IMG/VR virus record: IMGVR_UViG_3300037258_000095
Span: 1 to 53,470 of that record
DNA: 53,470 nucleotides
Source: a virus
Lineage: Duplodnaviria; Caudoviricetes
Direction: 5' to 3' (one strand)
Shown piece after piece: positions 28,545 through 37,710 of this stretch. Every line of letters starts with the position of its first letter. Position 1 is the stretch's first letter. The notes beneath the pieces were generated by a model. That model had not been told where the DNA came from, made no database searches, and saw only the letters and a program-made list of their open reading frames with translations. The translations under genes were made by a program, and so were the position numbers.

Positions 28545-28739
28545 TCAACGATTGGGTAAACCCGACACGAATCCGACCACCCAACCCTGTGCAGCCACGG
28601 GCGCTAACGGCGGCGCTTCAATACGCTTTAGTTGGCGACACGGCGGCGGCTCGGGATCGTTCGCATCCCAAATCAAGCCGCACGCACTGCAGCGCATTTG
28701 ATCGGATTCCTGGCGAGCTGCGCAGCGTTCAACGGTCAT
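28545..28739 (-). CDS. Small Cys-rich protein
   Basis: C...CSACGLIWD..D..PPPC. Confidence 0.55.
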   Translation of the reverse strand: MTVERCAARQESDQMRCSACGLIWDANDPEPPPCRQLKRIEAPPLAPVAAQGWVVGFVSGLPNR

Positions 28740-28960
28740 TTCTGCACCGCTGTCGAATGCGTTGCTTCAAACGCTGCGACGACGGAACAATATGCGAGAT
28801 TGCCATTGCTAACGTTACTCGTGGTTTCGAATCGCATACTGCCGTCAGCGCGAAACGCAAACACCACAAGGCGTTCAACTTCCGGCAAATCGGCCACGGC
28901 GGCAGCGAGCGCGACAGGGTTTTCGAAATACTCGCGTATCGGTACGATGCGCTCCGTCAT
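28736..28960 (-). CDS. Hypothetical protein
   Basis: ATGA-coupled ORF with GGAG RBS. Confidence 0.55.
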   Translation of the reverse strand: MTERIVPIREYFENPVALAAAVADLPEVERLVVFAFRADGSMRFETTSNVSNGNLAYCSVVAAFEATHSTAVQK

Positions 28961-29241
28961 ACTCCCCGCACCTTTCCGAACACGCGACGATCGACTACAG
29001 CGTCAACGTGACATGCACCCCATCGCGTATAAAACCAAAGTCGCCGACCCGAACATGGCGGGTGGACCTGTAACGAACACCACAAAGCACTTACAAATTT
29101 CCACCACGGCCACGACGACGAACAATCGCCGTGGCAACAACCGCCGCCGAGCGCACCGTTGAAGTGACACCAATCGAACGTAATTTGCAGAGGCCATGCA
29201 CGCCACAAGTGTCGACCGATGCGAAAAGATATGGACTTCAT
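28957..29241 (-). CDS. Hypothetical Trp/Cys-rich protein
   Basis: ATGA-coupled ORF. Confidence 0.45.
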   Translation of the reverse strand: MKSISFRIGRHLWRAWPLQITFDWCHFNGALGGGCCHGDCSSSWPWWKFVSALWCSLQVHPPCSGRRLWFYTRWGACHVDAVVDRRVFGKVRGV

Positions 29242-29771
29242 ATCCCGCGCACCTTGCCGAGTATCCGCAACGCCTCATTTGCGGCGCGTGTTTGACCGAG
29301 CGCATCGTTAAGCGCTACGTGTGGCGGAGGCACCGCAAATGCTTTCGGATCGACGCCGGCCAGGTCGTAAAGTGTGCGCGTATCACGAACGCCCCAAAAC
29401 GGCCAAGGCGTTGCTATTCCCGCGCGCCGGTATACCTCGTCGAGCAGCGGGCAATCGAATGTCGCACCGTGACACCATACGAGCGCATCGCCACTATTTG
29501 ACGCCCACGCAATCCACGTTGCGAGATATTGCAAACCTGCCACGAGCGGCACAGCATTATTCGTCGCAGCTCGCCACGCTTCGTTCGGCTGTTGCTGCCA
29601 CCAATCCACCGTTGCCGGATCTTCGACAAGTCCGAGCGCCTTTTGATCGGCGATCGACAAGTTGATGCTACACTGCGCTTCATCGCTGAAACGAACCAGC
29701 GCTGCCGATAGCGCGATTGCGCCCGGCCGCGTACCGAGCGTTTCAATGTCGAGCATAATGTGGGTGGTCAT
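29238..29771 (-). CDS. DEDDh 3'-5' exonuclease (DUF5051/Rv2179c-like)
   Basis: MLDIETLG, TVDWW, W.HGATFD, RDTRT, H.ALNDA. Confidence 0.88.
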   Translation of the reverse strand: MTTHIMLDIETLGTRPGAIALSAALVRFSDEAQCSINLSIADQKALGLVEDPATVDWWQQQPNEAWRAATNNAVPLVAGLQYLATWIAWASNSGDALVWCHGATFDCPLLDEVYRRAGIATPWPFWGVRDTRTLYDLAGVDPKAFAVPPPHVALNDALGQTRAANEALRILGKVRGI

Positions 29772-29847
29772 TCATTCCTCCCGCCGAAAGCGCGAAGCAA
29801 CGCAACGACCACGAAAATGACGAACAACAACGCGAGATCGCCAGCGG

Positions 29848-30168
29848 TCATGTGCCCAGCGCTTCCTCTACCTGTCGCAAAATTCGTCGAGGGTCACGCA
29901 TCGGTTTGCCGAGATACAAAACGTCATGCATCCAAAACTTGACAGCCTCTAGTGCTTCCTCTTGTTCCGCAAAATCGTACTCGTCGGGTGCAGCGTTTAG
30001 TTGATCTTGTAAGTCGTCGCGTTCGTCTTGTGCCATTTTCGCTTCGAATTTCAATTCGTCGCGTTCACGCAACAGATCGTTAAATTCGCCGCATAGTTCC
30101 TCGGGGAGCGCGTCACGTATTGCTTGTTCGATTTCCTCGTTTGTCTTTGTTTTATCGCCGGGCGGCAT
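29848..30168 (-). CDS. Acidic coiled-coil hypothetical protein
   Basis: ORF directly after the promoter at 30174-30204. Confidence 0.6.
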   Translation of the reverse strand: MPPGDKTKTNEEIEQAIRDALPEELCGEFNDLLRERDELKFEAKMAQDERDDLQDQLNAAPDEYDFAEQEEALEAVKFWMHDVLYLGKPMRDPRRILRQVEEALGT

Positions 30169-30210
30169 GTCACGCACTATAACCGCGCAACGTTGACTGT
30201 CAACAGTTAT

Positions 30211-31541
30211 TTACGCTTCCGTAGCGTCAAATCTGGCGCGAATATCCGTCACGTATTCCGCTTCGCGTTCGCAAAGCACGGCTTTGAAGCCTTCGCGCTG
30301 CGCTGCTATGCCGGTCGTGCCCGAGCCGGCGAACGAGTCAAGCAACGCACCTCCTGGCGGCGTAATAAGACGCGCGAGCCATTGCATGAGCGCGATCGGC
30401 TTTACAGTCGGGTGCTTGCTGCCGGCGCGATCGGCCTTTGATGCTTTGGCGCTGTAAAAGAAACGAGCTGCGGAACCGCCACCATCTGCGTAACCGATTT
30501 GATTCGTTCCTGCCTCTTTAGCGTGCAACCATTCACCCTCTGCCCGAACACCGCGCTTGTATGACGCCCCGCTACCCGCCGTCACTGGAAACGCCTCAAT
30601 CACTTCCGCCGAGCCGTCATGCACCACGTTAGCGGGCCAACGACCTTCGTCAGAATCGCCAGATATTTGTCTTTCGCGCGCTACATCGTTTAATGTAGCG
30701 CGCGTGTTGATACCCTGCGTAACTTGCGGCTTCCAACCCGGAATCCTACACGCTCCGATATTCAACGCACCCGTTCGCCAGCGCAACACGTTTGCGGCAA
30801 CTGTGCCTTCGGACAGCGGCTTGCGCGCCAGCGCAACACGTTTGCGGCAACTGTGCCTTCGGACAGCGGCTTGCGCGCCAGCACGATCGGTTCAAACGCA
30901 GGTTTTAGCGCTGTACCGAAACCGTCAAATTCACGGGCGGCGGCTGTGGCGGGAATGTCTGCGATTTGTCGCTGCATGTACACCGGACCGTCGCGACCCG
31001 ATGCGTGGATTCCTTCGCCTTGCGTGCGCCCGTGACCATTGCGAATATCTCGGACCTTTTCGGACCCCGTAATTTCACGCTCCGCGCCCAATTCCTTGTC
31101 AATGAATTTCGAAACGTCCTGCGACTTCGGAAAGCCGGTGCCGTAGCACCACATGAGCGAATCTCGAATTTCAAAACCCGCATCCTCGATTGCGCACGCC
31201 ATACGATGATACCCGCGCGAAGCGCCGAACGCCGCAACGAACGCACCAGGCTTCAATACGCGGAACACTTCGGCCCAAAATTCGACAGACATGGCCGTTT
31301 CGCCAGTGTCCCATGTTTTCCCCATGAAGCCGGCCGACGCGCGCATGTACGCTTCGTTGCCCTTGGCTGGCGCCGCACCCATCGAACCGAATCGTTTGAC
31401 CACCGACACGAGCGCGTACGGCGGATCTGTGCAGCATGAATCCAGCGAATTATCAGGCAACACGCGGAGCGCATCGCGACAATCGGCGTGGAAAAGGGTA
31501 ATGTCGGGTGAAAGCGTGTAGGTGGTGTTTTTGGTGTTCAA
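30211..31541 (-). pseudogene. N6A/N4C DNA methyltransferase split by a 50-bp tandem duplication
   Basis: DPPY in the 5' frame; HPTVKP and DSFAGSGTT in the 3' frame; removing 50 bp gives one 427-codon ORF. Confidence 0.85.
30781..30880. repeat. Exact 2 x 50-bp tandem duplication bounded by CGCCAGC microhomology
   Basis: 30781-30830 identical to 30831-30880. Confidence 0.95.
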
Positions 31542-31753
31542 GATCGGCCGCGTTTCTTACGCTTACGGCGCCGAGCAGCGACACCCATGCTATGCAGCGC
31601 GTCGAGCGCACGCGGAATGCGATAACATCCGAGTTTAGAATTGATCGCTTGCAACTCGTCGCGAATGTCCATGAGCACGGCAAGTTGCGCACCGGCATAC
31701 GTCGTTTCGACACCGACATTCCAATTTGCGTTTTTGTGCCTGTTATCGGCCAT
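31538..31753 (-). CDS. Small basic hypothetical protein
   Basis: LAVLMDIRDELQ.IN..L.C, Arg/Lys-rich tail; coupled. Confidence 0.6.
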   Translation of the reverse strand: MADNRHKNANWNVGVETTYAGAQLAVLMDIRDELQAINSKLGCYRIPRALDALHSMGVAARRRKRKKRGRS

Positions 31754-32091
31754 TACGCCGCACACGCTGCGCGAAATTTGACAAAACACGCGATGGTCGC
31801 GGTATCCTCAATCGAACCAACGGCAAGTGGCCATGCCGCAAACGACGGGTCGGCACGTTCAAGCACGGCAAGTGCTTCCGCCTTCGTGCTCCAACTGTTT
31901 TTACCGAGCCGATATCCGGTCGCACGATGCGTAACGCACCATTCCTTGCCGGGTTGCCACTCGCGCAACGCATCGTCAAACACGTAAACGCGAGTAACAG
32001 CGATCGGACAATCGGCAAACGGCGCCTCGCCTTCAACGTCGATTGAAGGTATCTCGATGTCGTTTGATCGAATCGTTACGAGGATTTTCAT
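31753..32091 (-). CDS. Hypothetical protein
   Basis: W.VTH..TG motif, coupled at both ends. Confidence 0.6.
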   Translation of the reverse strand: MKILVTIRSNDIEIPSIDVEGEAPFADCPIAVTRVYVFDDALREWQPGKEWCVTHRATGYRLGKNSWSTKAEALAVLERADPSFAAWPLAVGSIEDTATIACFVKFRAACAA

Positions 32092-32237
32092 GTCGAACGC
32101 ATCCGAACGTGCCTAATGGCGCATGCCGCCACGACTGCGACGAACAGCACGACCGGCGAGCTGATAAAGATGATCGCGAGCCACATGGTGTGACCAACTA
32201 TACACAAGCCGCGTTTACTGTCAACGCATTTCGACAG

Positions 32238-32459
32238 TTACGCCGGATCACCGATCGGCCGGCAGTCGCCGTGCACGCGGATTTCGGTATCAAGCGGTGC
32301 GCCGAGCGTGCCTTTGATGTAGTCGGACATATGCGGCGTCGCCTTATCGACGTACGCCTGGCACGCTTCCTTGGTGTCGAACTTTTGCGCGCCGTGCGCT
32401 TGGAACGGGTGAACCGAATCAGGCGCTACGATCAACGCAAGCCACAGAATGAAGTACAT
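32238..32459 (-). CDS. Small secreted Cys-pair protein
   Basis: Hydrophobic N-terminus, F.TKEAC...C; GGAG RBS. Confidence 0.55.
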   Translation of the reverse strand: MYFILWLALIVAPDSVHPFQAHGAQKFDTKEACQAYVDKATPHMSDYIKGTLGAPLDTEIRVHGDCRPIGDPA

Positions 32460-32475
32460 GGAAACCGACTCCGTT

Positions 32476-33102
32476 TTATTTCAGAATCCCGTATTTACGC
32501 AACGCAGCGCTATACAACGCTCGCACAGTTCCCTCCGACCAGGGGTGCAAATCAACATCCTCGACCGGCACGGCGTTCTCTACAACGTCAGCCCACGGAT
32601 AAGGCGAAGGCGCCACGCGCGCGTCACGTTCCGTGCGGCACATGCGCAGGTCGTATTCTTTCACGATTGCGTGCACGTCTGCTGGCAGCGGAAATGTGAT
32701 TCCTGCAGCGGTGTAAATCGCAACGTCAAGACGATTTTTCAGGTGACGAATGGCGCTCTTGACAGCATCCCCGGCGTAAACATTTCCGAACATGATGGCG
32801 ATTTCAACGAGCGCGTCCTGTACTGGCGTCGTTATATCGCCAAGCACGTACTCGTGGCCGTCGTGAAGCATGAACGCCGCAGCCGCATCGCGTCGGCCGG
32901 TGTCGCGCTCGATCGCGCGTGCGCCTTCCAGGCAGTGCTGCGCAACCGACAGTGTGCCGCGATCTGTATGACCGCAGAAACGTGGAACACGCGCGAGCAC
33001 GCACGCCATGGTGTGAAAGTCGATCTGTTCCGGCAGCGGATGCACGAGATCCACCGCAGCACCGCCGAGCACTTGTAGCCGTGGGCCGGTAGGTGCGGTC
33101 AT
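32476..33102 (-). CDS. HD-domain phosphohydrolase (YfbR-like 5'-deoxynucleotidase)
   Basis: RFCGHT, SVAQHC, LHDGHEYVLGDI.TP, K.YD. Confidence 0.85.
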   Translation of the reverse strand: MTAPTGPRLQVLGGAAVDLVHPLPEQIDFHTMACVLARVPRFCGHTDRGTLSVAQHCLEGARAIERDTGRRDAAAAFMLHDGHEYVLGDITTPVQDALVEIAIMFGNVYAGDAVKSAIRHLKNRLDVAIYTAAGITFPLPADVHAIVKEYDLRMCRTERDARVAPSPYPWADVVENAVPVEDVDLHPWSEGTVRALYSAALRKYGILK

Positions 33103-33235
33103 ATCGTAACCGCGAAATTTACGAGTGCCGCAGCAAACCAATAAAGCGCCTGGCGCCACTCACCGTTGAACGCATAGACAATCGACGCACATGCGCCGAT
33201 CAAAATAACCGCCCACGGTAGCGCTTTCGCGGCCG

Positions 33236-33496
33236 TCACAAAAACAGCCTTTCGATGATTTCGATTTCGACCTTGCCGTGCAGCACTTCGTCGGTGAAAG
33301 CCTGGCGCTCGCGATCGAACGTAAAAGCGCCTTTGTCGTCGCGCGTGTAACGCACGATCATGCCGGCCTCGGCGTCGGCAGTGTCGCAACCGATTTGCTC
33401 CGCGCCGTTGAATTTAACGACGATGCTTTTGCAAGCCGCGCAAACCGTCGCGAAGTTGCGGTAGCCGGAATCGGTTGGGCGAATGGAAATTCTCAC
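33236..33496 (-). CDS. Hypothetical protein
   Basis: GTG start coupled to upstream stop; TAD.EAG, L.GKVEI. Confidence 0.55.
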   Translation of the reverse strand: MRISIRPTDSGYRNFATVCAACKSIVVKFNGAEQIGCDTADAEAGMIVRYTRDDKGAFTFDRERQAFTDEVLHGKVEIEIIERLFL

Positions 33497-33786
33497 CGCA
33501 ACGCCTCGCGACCCGCCGCGGTGATAAACGCGCCGGCATTGCCGGACTGTTCGAGTAATCCGATCTCGCACAGCTCATCGAATTCGGCGCGCACCAGCGT
33601 TGCACTGTGACCCGACTCGCAATAGGCGCGCAGATGAGAATCGCCGAGAATCCAACGCCAGCGATACGGCGGCGGTTGGCGCGCATGCAGCGCAAGGAAC
33701 CGCGTCTGCTCGGTGGATAGCGGAATCAGCTTACCGAGCGGCGGAATGACGCCGAAAGATTCGCGATGGTTCGTTATAGCCGTCAT
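33493..33786 (-). CDS. Hypothetical protein (winged-helix-like end)
   Basis: L.EIGLLE...ITAAGREAL; coupled. Confidence 0.5.
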   Translation of the reverse strand: MTAITNHRESFGVIPPLGKLIPLSTEQTRFLALHARQPPPYRWRWILGDSHLRAYCESGHSATLVRAEFDELCEIGLLEQSGNAGAFITAAGREALR

Positions 33787-34139
33787 GCGGCAATGCCAAA
33801 CTTGACGCGACGTGCTGCGCGTTCCGCTGGCGTGCGCCAACCGGCCGGATACGTAATCGGCTGCGCGGGACGGAACAAATAATAAACCGGCGCACCTTTT
33901 TGCAACACAACGGCGCCTGTAATCCGATTTCGCGCTTGGCGCACACGCGGTGCTTTGATAACGTACGGCTCGATTTTACGGACGCCACCGAGTTTAGGTG
34001 CCGGCCACACCGAGCCACGAAAGGCATTTCGCCGCGCAGCTCGATACGACGCGGCGACGCGCGGGATTTTGGATTTTCGGGGTGTGGTATCTTGCACGGG
34101 TGCGCTCCAAGTCGGAAGCAATCGAGCGCAGACAATCAC
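33783..34139 (-). CDS. Basic hypothetical protein (start uncertain)
   Basis: Arg-rich ORF after the promoter at 34147-34159. Confidence 0.4.
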   Translation of the reverse strand: MIVCARLLPTWSAPVQDTTPRKSKIPRVAASYRAARRNAFRGSVWPAPKLGGVRKIEPYVIKAPRVRQARNRITGAVVLQKGAPVYYLFRPAQPITYPAGWRTPAERAARRVKFGIAA

Positions 34140-34321
34140 ACTTTACGTTTACTGTCAACGGCGTCGGAATCAGCGGCCGCTTCAAGCGCCTCTTTTGCAA
34201 GCCGAGCATCGCGTTCACACGACGGACAATCCTCGCCGCGCGTGACGAAATGGCCGCAGCTAAGGCACTCGTATTCGTGCCGCGCAGGACCGCGCCATGT
34301 GGGCGTGCCGTAGTAGCTCAC
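34136..34321 (-). CDS. Small Zn-finger protein
   Basis: CLSCG...CPSC; GTG start coupled. Confidence 0.5.
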   Translation of the reverse strand: MSYYGTPTWRGPARHEYECLSCGHFVTRGEDCPSCERDARLAKEALEAAADSDAVDSKRKV

Positions 34322-34611
34322 GGCGCGGGAATCCTTTCCAACTCTACCCGACCGCCGATCATAAACTGGCGCGTACATGAAAATTGTTGACCGTTCATCG
34401 CCACGTCGATCGACCGGCGATACGGCTGGAAAAATCGGCCCAAGCCTTTCGGCAGTCGGCCGACCCATTCCGTCACCGAATGCCAGCTCTCGTTTCGCTC
34501 GTGGCGCCAACGATACACCACGGCACGTTTGCCGCATCTGGATTCCTGCACGCTGACGTGCCACTCGGCGGCGTCAATCGCAACGTTCGGTGAGCGATAG
34601 AGCAGGGTCAT
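34318..34611 (-). CDS. Hypothetical protein
   Basis: Coupled ORF, YRWR, W.GRLPKGL. Confidence 0.5.
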   Translation of the reverse strand: MTLLYRSPNVAIDAAEWHVSVQESRCGKRAVVYRWRHERNESWHSVTEWVGRLPKGLGRFFQPYRRSIDVAMNGQQFSCTRQFMIGGRVELERIPAP

Positions 34612-34741
34612 TTATGATTCGCTTTCACTCGTCATGAGCAAGGTCATGGCTTAAAATCGCCGCGCAAGCGCCATGCGAGCCACACGCCACCGACGAACGC
34701 AAGCACACTAAGCGTTTCGAGCACATGCGCGTCGAGCCATG

Positions 34742-34960
34742 TCAGTACCATGTAATAATTCCCTCGATACCCGAGCCATAAATCGAGCCGCACAGTAGCA
34801 CAATCGCCGCGATCAACGACAGCGCTGGCAGGATCTCATGAGCCGATACGTTCGGCACAGTGGCGTCGTAGCATTCGATAGAGCACCAACGCGTTTCGTA
34901 TGGCTCGTAAACGTCGAGCGATTCGTCGCAACCGCGGCAATGGACAACCGGGCGTGTCAT
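34742..34960 (-). CDS. Small Zn-finger + TM protein
   Basis: CRGC...WCSIEC, then hydrophobic helix. Confidence 0.5.
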   Translation of the reverse strand: MTRPVVHCRGCDESLDVYEPYETRWCSIECYDATVPNVSAHEILPALSLIAAIVLLCGSIYGSGIEGIITWY

Positions 34961-35193
34961 GGCTTTTCGACCTTTTCGAAGTTCGCCGGACTTTCCCACG
35001 CGAGTTGTCCGGTTACGTGAACGAGGCCGGACAAATGCTCGCCCGTGCCGATCTCCTCGACCCTTACGATGGCGCATTGTGCTCGACGGCGAGCAAGCGG
35101 AATTATGTCACTGCCGCGCCGAACACGACGCACGCTGTCACCGACGCGAACTCGTTTGCCGTGAAAGTCGTCGACTGTTTTGCGGTTGGCCAT
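34957..35193 (-). CDS. Small hypothetical protein
   Basis: D.HGK.V.VGD.VR; coupled. Confidence 0.5.
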   Translation of the reverse strand: MANRKTVDDFHGKRVRVGDSVRRVRRGSDIIPLARRRAQCAIVRVEEIGTGEHLSGLVHVTGQLAWESPANFEKVEKP

Positions 35194-35339
35194 TACGCAC
35201 CCGCCGCGACTTCGCGCGCCATGCCGATCGACGGACACACGCACGGGTCGCCGCTGCGTGTCACGCCATAAACGTAAAACTCGTCGGCCGCGTTGTCGCA
35301 CCAAATCTCGATGTTGCCGTGTTTCTCAATGAGAGTCAT
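35193..35339 (-). CDS. Small hypothetical protein (48 aa, below ORF-track cutoff)
   Basis: GAGG RBS, MTLIEKHGNIEIW..., TAATG coupling. Confidence 0.5.
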   Translation of the reverse strand: MTLIEKHGNIEIWCDNAADEFYVYGVTRSGDPCVCPSIGMAREVAAGA

Positions 35340-35475
35340 GGTGTGCCTCGTTTGTCCGTTCGTCATGGGTGCACAGTAGCACCGCGATGGGTACAGTCAA
35401 CGGAAAAGCGCACTGTCAACACGTAATTTTATTGCGTAATAGGTCCGGTTCGGCCCCGGCCGGCACGCGCCGAGC

Positions 35476-35800
35476 AAGTGAACGATTGAACAGTTGCCAG
35501 GTTTTGAAAGTTCACAGGTCGGAACGCCGGAAAACCCTTATATATTATATATATTCTCTCTTAAGTGAACTATTGAACTATTGAACAGTGATATTTAATT
35601 GGAGCCAATAGAATCGAACTTACGTGTTGACACTCTATAATCGTAGAGCTCGGACGAAATGTTTGTCGAACAACTGTTCAATCGTTCACTCGTTACAAAA
35701 TTACGTGTTGACGCGATCTTAGCCAGTAATAACAACGACATTTCGAATTTGCGTCGAGTGAACAATCGAAATCTGCCGTTTGTTCAATAGTTCACTTTTG
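35476..35800. other. Candidate replication origin (iterons around an AT-rich tract)
   Basis: AGTGAAC(G/T)ATTGAAC repeats in both orientations, perfect 20-bp IR 35477-35496/35671-35690, TTATATATTATATATATT at ~35538-35556. Confidence 0.6.
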
Positions 35801-35896
35801 GGACGTTTTGGGCCGATTTCGTCAACATATAACTTTTATACGCAAGTAGTCAAAATAGATGTTGACAGTAAACAGTTGGATGCTACGGTGCGCGTT

Positions 35897-36190
35897 ATGG
35901 CAATTCATCGTCAACCCGAGCCGACGTATACCGTCAGTTATGCACACGATCGACGCGCGCACCGACACCGCTGCCGTTGTTGCAACCGGATTTTGAATGC
36001 CGGCGAGCGCGTCGTTATGGCAAAGATGCTCGGTCACAAAACATGGGCGGTTCATGATGACTGCGCCGACAAATTAAACGGTGACTCGGGATTTACCTGG
36101 CGTGATTCGTTGACCGCATGGGGCACCGCGTATTTGCGCGCGATCGGCTACAAACTTCCGCTTTTGCCGATCGAATTGTCGAGGGGATAA
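35897..36190 (+). CDS. Hypothetical Zn-binding protein
   Basis: CRCC...H..C; follows TTGACA-16-TACGGT promoter. Confidence 0.55.
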   Translation: MAIHRQPEPTYTVSYAHDRRAHRHRCRCCNRILNAGERVVMAKMLGHKTWAVHDDCADKLNGDSGFTWRDSLTAWGTAYLRAIGYKLPLLPIELSRG

Positions 36191-36465
36191 ATGACCACTC
36201 GACCCATAGACGTGCCCGACATTGAAGCGAAGCCGGTAACGGTTTGCGCGAGGCTTTTCTGTGCTGTTCGATTTATGGGTTGCCGGAAAATGGATCGGCT
36301 CGTGCCGCACCGTCGAGCAGTGCGAGGAGATGCTTTCATTTTATTGCGGCGTTCCGATACAGGCTGCTTCGCCCGGCGCCTGGTGAATCCAGTTGACAGT
36401 AAACACGCTTCGTGTACCATCTGCGCAAGTGCTGCATAATTTCATCCACCACAGGAACGCACCTC

Positions 36466-37344
36466 ATGCTCAAATTTAAAGTGTTCAGTCGCTGGTCCGG
36501 CGATTTGCAATTCACCGCCGATATCGACACGACGGAAAACGAGTCGACTTCGTGGAAATTACGTCTCGCTGTCCAATGGGCCGTTAACGCGAAAGCGGAC
36601 CTCGGCGGTGCGAACCTCCGTAGTGCGAACCTCGGCGGTGCGGACCTCGGCGGTGCGGACCTCCGTAGTGCGGACCTCGGCGGTGCGGACCTCCGTAGTG
36701 CGAACCTCCGTAGTGCGAACCTCGGCGGTGCGAACCTCCGTAGTGCGAACCTCCGTAGTGCGAACCTCCGTAGTGCGAACCTCGGCGGTGCGGACCTCGG
36801 CGGTGCGGACCTCCGTAGTGCGGACCTCGGCGGTGCGGACCTCCGTAGTGCGGACCTCCGTAGTGCGGACCTCGGCGGTGCGAACCTCCGTAGTGCGAAC
36901 CTCGGCGGTGCGGACCTCGGCGGTGCGGACCTCCGTAGTGCGGACCTCGGCGGTGCGGACCTCCGTAGTGCGAACCTCCGTAGTGCGAACCTCGGCGGTG
37001 CGAACCTCGGCGGTGCGAAAAATCTCCCCCTGGCAGTCTTGCGCGACATTCGCGTCGATCTATTCGACATTCTGTTGCGAGCGCGCGAGGAAGTTCCCGG
37101 CCTGCTTGCGGCTTTGCGTGCCGGCGATATCGACGGCTCGACATATCATGGTCCGTGCGCGTGCCTGTGCGGAACGATCGCTAATGTGCGCGGGGTGTCG
37201 GTCGATAAACTCGATTTCCGCGACAGCTCGCGGCCGGCGGAACGCTGGTTTTTGGCAATTCGAAAAGGTGACACGCCGGAGAACAGCGAACCGGCGAAGA
37301 TCACGGAAAAGTGGATCGAGGAATTTCAACGGTTGGCGGCGTGA
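36466..37344 (+). CDS. Pentapeptide-repeat protein with C-terminal CACLCG domain
   Basis: 28 A(D/N)L(GG/RS) repeats; IDGSTY.GPCACLCGTIA, RPAERWF; own promoter and AGGA RBS. Confidence 0.9.
   Translation: MLKFKVFSRWSGDLQFTADIDTTENESTSWKLRLAVQWAVNAKADLGGANLRSANLGGADLGGADLRSADLGGADLRSANLRSANLGGANLRSANLRSANLRSANLGGADLGGADLRSADLGGADLRSADLRSADLGGANLRSANLGGADLGGADLRSADLGGADLRSANLRSANLGGANLGGAKNLPLAVLRDIRVDLFDILLRAREEVPGLLAALRAGDIDGSTYHGPCACLCGTIANVRGVSVDKLDFRDSSRPAERWFLAIRKGDTPENSEPAKITEKWIEEFQRLAA
36595..37014. repeat. 28 x 15-bp tandem array GCG(A/G)ACCTC(CGTAGT/GGCGGT)
   Basis: Only four unit types; units 1-9 equal units 19-27. Confidence 0.95.
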
Positions 37345-37355
37345 CGCAATAAAAG

Positions 37356-37386
37356 AATCGGCGCTCTTAACGGGGCGCCGATTTTG
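37356..37386 (+). terminator. Intrinsic terminator after pentapeptide gene
   Basis: AATCGGCGCTC-loop-GGGCGCCGATT then TT, with upstream A-run. Confidence 0.65.
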
Positions 37387-37406
37387 TAGAGGAGAGGACA
37401 CAGCAA

Positions 37407-37703
37407 ATGAGGCAGCCATTAACGCCCTACCGAACTCTGGATGAAGTGGTCGATATTCTTGCGAAGAACCCATATCGGCCCGAACGTCGATCCCGGCATA
37501 AACGTGGCTGTTCTCCGAAAGCGCGGTTGGCTGCCGAAAGAATCGAAAATCGGAAATTGTTGCGACGGGCATTCGATACCGTAAGGCGCGACCCGTTCCA
37601 AGTGGAACTAAAACGCAGATTGTCGGCTGCCTTGGGTGGGGGCACCGCAATTAATGAAAAATTGCTGAACAACGCCGCAGCAATACTCGGCGTTGTTCGG
37701 TGA
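37407..37703 (+). CDS. Basic hypothetical protein
   Basis: GAGGA RBS, 98 aa. Confidence 0.5.
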   Translation: MRQPLTPYRTLDEVVDILAKNPYRPERRSRHKRGCSPKARLAAERIENRKLLRRAFDTVRRDPFQVELKRRLSAALGGGTAINEKLLNNAAAILGVVR

Positions 37704-37710
37704 CGTGTCG

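Noticed and set aside
32476-33102. DatZ of a 2-aminoadenine (Z-genome) pathway
   Set aside because: No PurZ or MazZ-like gene is visible, and the element resides as an integrated prophage.
36595-37014. CRISPR array or diversity-generating retroelement
   Set aside because: No unique spacers, cas operon or reverse transcriptase; this is an in-frame coding repeat. The antisense and alternative-frame ORFs here are repeat artefacts.
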